A model generated the notes under the pieces. The model had not been told where the DNA came from. It made no database searches and saw only the letters and a list, made by a program, of their open reading frames with translations. From Pirellulales bacterium (GTDB lineage: Bacteria; Planctomycetota; Planctomycetia; Pirellulales; PALSA-1355), in contig CAVTBU010000006.1 of the NCBI GenBank assembly GCA_963733035.1, positions 352,001-416,000 on the forward strand: DNA of 64,000 nt, in the 5' to 3' direction. Position numbers and translations under genes: made by a program. This document shows positions 56,767 through 64,000 of this stretch, one piece after another. Position 1 is the first letter of the stretch; each line of letters begins with the position of its first letter.

Positions 56767-58604
56767 ATGGGCTATCGCACGCTACGCGCCTGTTTGACGG
56801 ACTTGGAAGCCACGGGCCAGCTCGTGCGCATCGAGCACGAAATCGACCCGCACTTGGAAGCGGCGGAAATCCACCGGCGCGTGTTCCAAGCGCGCGGGCC
56901 GGCCTTGTACTTTGGAAAGGTCAAGGGGTGCTCGTTTCCCATGGTGAGTAACCTGTTCGGCACGATGGAGCGAGTGCGCTTCCTTTTTCGCGATACGCTC
57001 GCCGGCGTTCGCCGCCTGGTGGAATTGAAAGCCGATCCGAGCGTGGCGGTTCGCCGCCCGTGGAGTCAACTCACCCTGGCGCCCACGTTGTGGCACATGC
57101 TTCCTAAAAGCGTCCGCTCCGGTCCGGCGATTGCTCACGAAACAAGCATCTCGAAACTCCCGCAACTGCAATGCTGGCCCGATGACGGCGGGGCCTTCAT
57201 CACCTTGCCACAGGTTCTTACGGAAGATCCCGTGCGCCCGGACTGCAACATTCGAACCTGGGAATGTACCGCGTGCAGATTTCAGGCGGACAGTACGAGC
57301 CGAACCACGAGGTAGGTTTACATTACCAAATTCATCGTGGCATCGGCGTGCATCACGCTGCCGCATTGGCCCGGGGAGAGGATTTGCGCGTGAACATCTT
57401 CGTTGGTGGGGCGCCTGCGATGAGTGTTGCCGCCGTGATGCCGCTTCCCGAAGGGATGTCGGAGTTGGCGTTCGCAGGAGCGCTGAGCGGACAGCGGATT
57501 CCGATGATCGTGCGGCACGTTGGTCCGCCAGTCTATGCTGAAGCAGACTTTTGCATTTCCGGCGTGATCGAACGAAATCGCAAACTCCCGGAAGGACCGT
57601 TCGGCGACCATTTGGGCTACTACAGCTTGGCACACGACTATCCCGTACTTCGAGTCGAAAAGGTCTGGCATCGCCCGGATGCCGTCTGGCCGTTTACCGT
57701 GGTTGGCCGCCCGCCCCAGGAAGATACGATGTTCGGCGAGTTGATTCACGAGATCACCGGCCCGGCAATTCCCAGCACGATTCCCGGTGTGCATGCCGTG
57801 CACGCCGTTGATGCCGCGGGTGTGCATCCGCTGTTGTTGGTGATCGGAAGCGAACGGTACATGCCGTTCGCGGAGCGCCGTCGTCCCCAGGAACTTCTCA
57901 CGATGGCCAACGCGATTCTCGGCCAGGGGCAGCTCTCGTTGGCAAAATACCTTTGGATCGCGGCACGCGAGGACGAACCGGCGCTCGACATTCACGACAT
58001 CCCCGGCTTCCTGGCCCACATGCTCCGTCGCGTCGACTGGTCGCGCGACTTGCATTTTCAAACCTGCACCACGATCGACACGCTTGACTATTCGGGCGAC
58101 GCGATCAACGAAGGTTCGAAATTGGTAATCGCGGCGGTCGGTCCGGTCGTGCGCGATTTGCCGGGTACGATTGACGGAGCCACGCTTCCGGCCGGCTTTG
58201 GTCCCGCGCGAGTCTGTCTGCCGGGAATCGTCGCGATCGCCGGGCCACGGTTCGAAGCGAGCGACGGCCGCTGTGACGCAAGGCTTGAATCCTTTTCCGC
58301 GGCCATCGACTTGGACAACCCGCTGCGGCGATTTCCCTTGTGGATCATCGTCGATGATGCGGAATTTACGTCTCGTACTTTGGACAATTTCCTTTGGACC
58401 ACTTTTACACGAAGCAACCCTGCGACCGACGTTCACGGCGTGGATGCTTTTGTCCGCCACAAGCACTGGGGCTGCCGCGGACCCCTGGTCATTGATGCCC
58501 GAGCCAAGCCGCATCATGCGCCACCATTGGTGGAAGATCCGGTGGTAGTACGGCGAGTTGACGCACTGGCGGCTCGCGGCGGTCCGCTAAATGGCATCCT
58601 GTGA
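56767..58604 (+). CDS. UbiD-family (de)carboxylase, frameshifted near 57238
   Basis: DP.LE, SNLFGT, WPDDGG.FITLP; then NLGMYR.Q, EGPFGDHLGYY, GRPPQED. Confidence 0.9.
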
Positions 58605-58617
58605 GCGACGAACCGGC

Positions 58618-59637
58618 ATGAAAGCGGCCATCGGCTTACTGTACGATCTGCACGCCAGCCCGTTGGGGGCAGGGCTACTGGTCGTCTACACCATGATCAT
58701 CGGCGGCGCTGTTGGCAGCTTCTTGAACGTTGTGGCCCATCGTCTCCCGCTCGGAATGAGTTTGAGCCGGCCGGGCTCGCGTTGCCCGCGCTGCGAGCGG
58801 CCGATCCGTTGGTATCACAACGTCCCGGTCTTCGGTTGGCTGATTCTCCGGGGACATTGCCGCGACTGCGGCGCCCCGATTTCCCCACGCTACCCGCTGG
58901 TGGAACTGTTGGTCGCCGTAGCCAGTGGGAGCGTGTGTTGGAGTGCGCTGGATCCGCTATTTGCTGACGACGAGTTCGTCTACTCGATCAACCTGCTGGC
59001 GGTCGGGTTGCGTCTGATTTTGGTCTACAGCCTGTTCTGTGTGGCGCTACTTGAGTTTGACGGGCGGCGATTGCCGTTGCGCTTGCTATCGGTTGTGTTC
59101 GTCTTCGCGGCGCTTGGCATGTACCTTGTGCCAGAGCTACGACCGACGCAACACCTCAGCGAACAGCCAGTGCCGTCGCTCAAGCAGATGTTCTTTCCTA
59201 TCTTCGGGGCATTATTGTTTGGATTGCTGTCGTGGCCGCTGCTGATGTTGCTCCCTTCAACGGTGCCCACCGATGCAATTACTGGTTTGCTTGCGATCAT
59301 GTTGATCGGCTTGATCATGGGGGGCATGGCGGTGATGTTCGCTGGGCCCTTTGCCGCGACGGTGCTGGTTGCGGCGGTCTGGCTCGCCCATTTCTGGCCG
59401 CCGGCGAGTCGAATCGGCTGGGCCTCCGCCCTGTTGATCGCTACTCTGTTTTGGATGTTGCTGGCAGGGCCTTACATCGGTTCGAATCGACTTCTGGTCG
59501 TCGGGATGTCGATCTTCACCGTGGAAACGCCGTGGCCAACCTTGGTAGCCCTTGGTACGGTGGTGGCGATGGAGTCACTGCTGGGCCGGGCGATCTATGC
59601 TGTAAGCAACCGTCCCCCTCGACCTTCAACGAAATGA
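58618..59637 (+). CDS. Prepilin peptidase-like protein: intact A24 N-terminal Zn domain, no GxGD motif
   Basis: GSFLNVVAHRLP, SRCPRC, NVPVFGWL.LRGHCRDC, RYPLVE. Confidence 0.8.
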   Translation: MKAAIGLLYDLHASPLGAGLLVVYTMIIGGAVGSFLNVVAHRLPLGMSLSRPGSRCPRCERPIRWYHNVPVFGWLILRGHCRDCGAPISPRYPLVELLVAVASGSVCWSALDPLFADDEFVYSINLLAVGLRLILVYSLFCVALLEFDGRRLPLRLLSVVFVFAALGMYLVPELRPTQHLSEQPVPSLKQMFFPIFGALLFGLLSWPLLMLLPSTVPTDAITGLLAIMLIGLIMGGMAVMFAGPFAATVLVAAVWLAHFWPPASRIGWASALLIATLFWMLLAGPYIGSNRLLVVGMSIFTVETPWPTLVALGTVVAMESLLGRAIYAVSNRPPRPSTK

Positions 59638-59644
59638 TCGTGAG

Positions 59645-61057
59645 ATGGCTCGTTTGGCTTTCCATGGCGCCGCGGAAACGGTCACCGGTTCGAAGTATCT
59701 GCTCGAAACGGGACGCTCGCGCGTGTTGGTCGACTGCGGATTGTTTCAGGGGCTTAAAGAATTGCGGCTTCGCAACTGGGAGCGATTGCCGTTCCCTCCG
59801 TCCAGTGTCGACGCCGTTGTCTTGACGCATGCCCATATTGATCACATTGGCTACCTGCCGCGGCTTGTACGAGACGGCTTTCGCGGGCCAGTCTATTCCA
59901 CGCCAGCCACCGAAGCGCTCGCAGAACTGCTGTTACTCGATTCGGCTCACAACCAGGAAGAAGAGGCCGAGTATGCCAACCGGAAGGGCTACTCCAAGCA
60001 CAAACCCGCGCTACCTCTGTACAACGCGCACGACGTCAAGCGGGCGATGATGCGATTTCGCACGGTGCATCGTGACGAGTGGTTTGAGCCGGCAGCGGGC
60101 ATCCGCGTGCGTTACCACGACACCGGCCACTTGCTCGGATCATGCATGATCGAATCAGAAGTCCGCGGAAACGGGTCACCTATTCGCGTCGTGTTTTCCG
60201 GCGATGTCGGACGCTACAGCGCGCCGCTCTATCATGATCCGCAGCCTCCGCCGGAGTGCGACTACCTGGTTTGCGAGAGCACCTACGGCAATCGCGAACA
60301 TCCGCCGCTTGACGTGCTCGATCAACTAACCGACGTGGTTCACGAGGCAAACGCACGAGGTGGAGTGATGTTGATGGCATCGTTCGCCGTCGGTCGCGCC
60401 CAGCAGTTGATTTACCTGTTGCAAGTTCTAATGGACCAGGGACGAATACCCGCCATGCCGATCGTGCTCGACAGCCCCATGGCAGCCGCGGGCATGGAGA
60501 TCTACCGCTACTACGCTTCGGAACACGACCTGTCCGAGGGCTTGGAGGTGCGCCCTGACTTCCAGTTTAGCCTCGACCGCGTCCACGTTACGACTAGCGT
60601 GCAGGAAAGCAAGAACGTCAATCAAATGAAAGGACCTGGCGTCATTATCTCTTCCTCCGGCATGATGACCGGCGGACGAATTCTGCATCACTTGCGAAAT
60701 CGGCTGCCAAAACCGGAAAACACGATCGTGCTGGGGGGCTTCATGGCGGCTGGGACTCGCGGCCGGGCCTTGCAGGAAGGCGCACGCACGATTCGGATAT
60801 TTGGCAGTGACGTACGAGTGCGGGCGGCCATTGTCGAAATCTCACAGCTGAGCGCACATGCCGGGCATTCGGAATTGCGCCGCTGGCTCGAGCCGCTGCC
60901 CGCCCCGAAGCAGGTGTTTCTCACGCACGGCGAAGTAACAAGCGCCACCTCCCTTGCCGAGGAATTGCACCGCGACCGCGGTTGGAACACGCTGGTACCC
61001 AAGATGGGTCAGAGTGTTGAACTGGAATCAAACCCATCAAGCGATCATGAAGAATAA
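59645..61057 (+). CDS. MBL-fold beta-CASP ribonuclease-family protein
   Basis: VTGS, DCGLFQG, THAHIDH, GHLLGS, SGD.G, ESTYG, FAVGRAQ, SAHA, HGE. Confidence 0.93.
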   Translation: MARLAFHGAAETVTGSKYLLETGRSRVLVDCGLFQGLKELRLRNWERLPFPPSSVDAVVLTHAHIDHIGYLPRLVRDGFRGPVYSTPATEALAELLLLDSAHNQEEEAEYANRKGYSKHKPALPLYNAHDVKRAMMRFRTVHRDEWFEPAAGIRVRYHDTGHLLGSCMIESEVRGNGSPIRVVFSGDVGRYSAPLYHDPQPPPECDYLVCESTYGNREHPPLDVLDQLTDVVHEANARGGVMLMASFAVGRAQQLIYLLQVLMDQGRIPAMPIVLDSPMAAAGMEIYRYYASEHDLSEGLEVRPDFQFSLDRVHVTTSVQESKNVNQMKGPGVIISSSGMMTGGRILHHLRNRLPKPENTIVLGGFMAAGTRGRALQEGARTIRIFGSDVRVRAAIVEISQLSAHAGHSELRRWLEPLPAPKQVFLTHGEVTSATSLAEELHRDRGWNTLVPKMGQSVELESNPSSDHEE

Positions 61058-61882
61058 GTCGCGTCCCAGTATCGAGCCGATTATCGAGTCTCCTAGCTAC
61101 CAGCTCGCCGAACGCGATGTCGACCTGCTTGGCGCGGCGAGTTGCGGCCGGTACGGATGCAGCTCGAACTGCTGAAGCCGGAATTGACATTTCAGGAACG
61201 CAGCATCGAATCAACAATCGTTGTCTTTGGCAGCACGCGAATTCTGGATAAGCCGCTATTGGAAGAAAGACGCCGAGTGCTCAGCAGTCGACTGGCGGAC
61301 GACCCGCAAGACTCCATCGCAAAACGTGAACTGTCTCGTACCGATCGGCTGCTGGCCAAGCAGCACTATTACGAGGCCGCCCGCGAATTCGCGCGCATCG
61401 TCTCCAAATGCGCTCAAGACGGTTGCCGCGAGTACGTGATTGTTACCGGCGGAGGTCCTGGCATCATGGAAGCCGCCAATCGTGGCGCCTGGGAAGTGGA
61501 CGCGGTATCGGTCGGGTTGAACATCACGCTTCCCCTCGAGCAGCTGCCGAATCCGTACATTACGCCGGATCTTTGTTTTCAATTCCATTATTTCGCGCTC
61601 CGAAAGATGCACTTTCTGTTGCGAGCCAAGGCGCTGGTCATCTTTCCGGGCGGGTTCGGCACGCTCGACGAAATGTTTGATGCGCTGACGCTACGGCAGA
61701 CTCACCGCATGCAGGATATTCCCGTCATTATTTACGGTCGCGAGTACTGGGATCGCGTCATCGACTTCCAGTTTCTGGCCGACGAGGGGACCATTTCCGA
61801 CGACGACCTGAATTTGATCAGCTACGCGGAAACACCCGAGCAGATTTGGAAGCTCATCGCTGAATTCCACGGCTTCATATGA
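61047..61882 (+). CDS. LOG-family nucleotide phosphoribohydrolase-like protein, frameshifted near 61135
   Basis: SPSYQLA..D.D in one frame; LRPVRMQLELLKPE, FGS.R, TGGGPGIMEAANRGA, FALRK, PGGFGTLDE in the next. Confidence 0.9.
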
Positions 61883-62664
61883 CTCCACAAAACATCCCAG
61901 CTACCGATTCAGACAGTCGCGTGGCGCTGGTGACAGGCGGCGGCCGCCGCGTCGGTTTGGGCATCGCCATGGCACTTGCCCAGCGAGGTTATCGACTGGC
62001 ACTGCATGCAAATTCGTCGTTGGCCGCGGCCGCCGCTGCTGCCTCGCAGCTGACCTCGCAAGGTTGCGAGTCGATTGCCGTTGCGGCCGACCTGCGCGAT
62101 CAGCGTGGAACTCGAGACATGGTTGCCCGCGTTCACGATCATTTCGGCCGTATCGACGCGCTGGTGAACAACGCAGCCGTCTGGAGTTCCAAGCCGCTGG
62201 AACAAGTTACGCCCGAAGATGTGCGAGAGAATTTCGAAATCAACACCCTGGGTACGTTCCTTTGTTGCCAACAGGTTGGTCTGATCATGACTTCGCAGCC
62301 TGAGGGTGGTGGCATCGTGAACGTGGGTGATTGGGCGATCGAGCGGCCATACCGCGATCACGCGGCCTACTTCACTGCCAAAGGCGCCATTCCCACGCTC
62401 ACCAGGACTTTTGCCGTCGAACTTGGTTTGCGCAATCCGCGGGTCCGAGTCAACGCCGTGCTGCCGGGACCGGTGTTGATGCCCGCAGGAACGGCGCCGG
62501 CCGAACAACAAGCGATCACTGACGCAACCTTGGTCAAGCGCGAAGGAACTGTCGAAGAATTGGCCCGCGCCGTGGCGTTTCTTCTCGAGAACTCGTTCAT
62601 GACGGGTGTCTGCCTGCCGGTGGACGGGGGCCGGACCATCTACGCCCCAAGCCCGAATGATTGA
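61879..62664 (+). CDS. SDR oxidoreductase, pteridine reductase/FolM-like
   Basis: TGGGRRVG, NNA, D in place of the usual Ser (VGDW), YFTAK, RVNAVLPG. Confidence 0.85.
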   Translation: MTPQNIPATDSDSRVALVTGGGRRVGLGIAMALAQRGYRLALHANSSLAAAAAAASQLTSQGCESIAVAADLRDQRGTRDMVARVHDHFGRIDALVNNAAVWSSKPLEQVTPEDVRENFEINTLGTFLCCQQVGLIMTSQPEGGGIVNVGDWAIERPYRDHAAYFTAKGAIPTLTRTFAVELGLRNPRVRVNAVLPGPVLMPAGTAPAEQQAITDATLVKREGTVEELARAVAFLLENSFMTGVCLPVDGGRTIYAPSPND

Positions 62665-63085
62665 GAGGGATAATTTCCAGGACCACCAATTCGGGTGGGT
62701 CCGTTGATCGACCGGGCGGCTGCTGATAGCTTGATGAACCGGTAGGAGTTCGAGTTTCAGTTCGTACAACCCCACGGCAAGCTCTTCGGGGGCGATGTGC
62801 TGCGGGGTCTGGGTAAAGCCGATTGGATGGCGGCCAGACTGGAAGTCTCGAACGGGTCGTGGCCTTTGTTGGCGGGTGGCCCGGGCAGCAATTCTTGACG
62901 CGAAGCCCTCAGCCACCACGAATCCAATAGTCGGGCTGTTTCGCAATCCATTTTCCCGGGCATTTTCTCGGCCCATCTCGTCGCTGATTCCGCGCGAGTT
63001 CCGGGGACGAGCCGATAACTGCCCTCGAGCAGTCGGGAAAAACGGATGGACGGGTGGAAGAGCCTGCAGCATCAGACGGGGCGGC

Positions 63086-64000
63086 ATGGGACGCAACTCA
63101 AAATGGATCGATAGCAAGCCGGACGACTCGGTCGAAAAGGTCGCGCGGCGAGCATTGGCGGCTCGTCTGGGCCGACTCTGGCACTATCTGGAGTGTTCGA
63201 TTGAGGACGCTTCGGGCGACACGGAAAATGTCCACCAACTACGCGTTTTCACGCGTCGCACGTCATCGGCCATGGAGATCTTTGCCGATTGGATTCCGCA
63301 CCGCCGTGGACGCTGGATCCGGAAGCAACTCAAGCGCGTGCGCAAGGCAGCTGGTGAAGCCCGCGACCTGGACGTGCTGCGTCTTCGTTGGAGTGCCGAG
63401 TTTGAGTCGTTGCCTGACAGTCAATCGGCCCTGCTGCTTGAACAGGTCAAGCGCCGCCGCCGCAAGGCCCAGTGGCCAATCGAGGATGCGTATCACAAGC
63501 TGGCAAGTAAGAATTTTCCCCGTAAGGCCCGCAAGTTTGCCAAGCGAGTCGGTTACCGCGGGGAAGGTGGAACAAATTGTGACGATCGGTTGGAGTGTGT
63601 GGCGTGCGCGGCGCTGAGGCGGTTGCTGGTGCCGTATTTCGCGGCGGCCTCCGCGCCCATGGCCGATGCCGAGGCGTTGCATGCGTTTCGCATTCAGAGT
63701 AAACACATCCGCTATGCGATGGAGATTTTTGCCGGCGCCTTTGAAGATTCGTTCCGCCAACAACTCTACCCGCTAGTGGCCGAACTCCAGGATCAGTTGG
63801 GAAAAATCAACGACCGCGTGACGGCTCAGCGGTATCTAACCGCCTGGCGAAACGAGACAGACGCTCCCGCCGTGCGGCAGGCGCTCGACAAGGGTATTCA
63901 GTTAGAACAACACGCACTCGACGCCAGCCAGCACGAGTTTCTCAACTCATGGACGCCCGAGCGTCGCGAGGCACTTCACCAATGCTTCGCGAAATATGTG
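63086..64000 (+). CDS. CHAD-domain protein, running off the window end
   Basis: Translated by hand from ATG 63086 with no stop: VHQLRVFTRR, ARDLDV, LHAFRIQSKHIRYAME, LQDQLGKIND. Confidence 0.9.
   Translation, partial: MGRNSKWIDSKPDDSVEKVARRALAARLGRLWHYLECSIEDASGDTENVHQLRVFTRRTSSAMEIFADWIPHRRGRWIRKQLKRVRKAAGEARDLDVLRLRWSAEFESLPDSQSALLLEQVKRRRRKAQWPIEDAYHKLASKNFPRKARKFAKRVGYRGEGGTNCDDRLECVACAALRRLLVPYFAAASAPMADAEALHAFRIQSKHIRYAMEIFAGAFEDSFRQQLYPLVAELQDQLGKINDRVTAQRYLTAWRNETDAPAVRQALDKGIQLEQHALDASQHEFLNSWTPERREALHQCFAKYV

Noticed and set aside
6480..63020. Recurring CCGATA/TCGATA upstream of several genes as sigma-28 promoters
   Set aside because: No correctly spaced TAAA-like -35, and the hexamer is too short to support a call.
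62665..63085. Gene or RNA in the gap before the CHAD gene
   Set aside because: Only short ORFs without RBS or motifs, and no convincing structure.
1..64000. CRISPR arrays, tRNA/rRNA, IS elements, prophage or defence systems
   Set aside because: No regularly spaced repeats, cloverleafs, or transposase, integrase or phage-like ORFs recognised.

Overview
GC-rich bacterial chromosome segment, most likely from a planctomycete (Pirellulales-like). The assignment rests on the aroDE fusion, a DUF1559-type prepilin, a BBP2-type porin, a PEP-CTERM protein and a DUF1080 protein. The first ~30 kb is mostly housekeeping: mutL, aroDE-aroK, hisH, polA-coaE-rho-ribH-nusB-ftsY, P-II, tatC, rluB, pyrK, rpsT, cobA/hemD. 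The rest holds accessory modules: Rrf2 with a CxxCH protein-qNOR-cupin operon; pfkA; permease-eutA-fused eutBC; P450; a LarA-like protein; pepA; and ubiD-prepilin peptidase-beta-CASP-LOG-SDR-CHAD. I saw no rRNA, tRNA, CRISPR array or mobile element. Seven genes are broken by single frameshifts, probably long-read assembly errors. Best leads: (1) a sigma-54 promoter followed by a terminator/antiterminator switch upstream of the P-II gene; (2) a second sigma-54 promoter driving an orphan transcript that starts with the same hairpin at the same offset; (3) a fused EutBC B12 lyase with an apparently remodelled amine-binding site, next to a non-Eat permease; (4) two prepilin-peptidase paralogues with complementary domain losses; (5) a qNOR operon with an extra CxxCH protein and an atypical Rrf2 regulator. 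All family calls come from motif recognition, not database searches.
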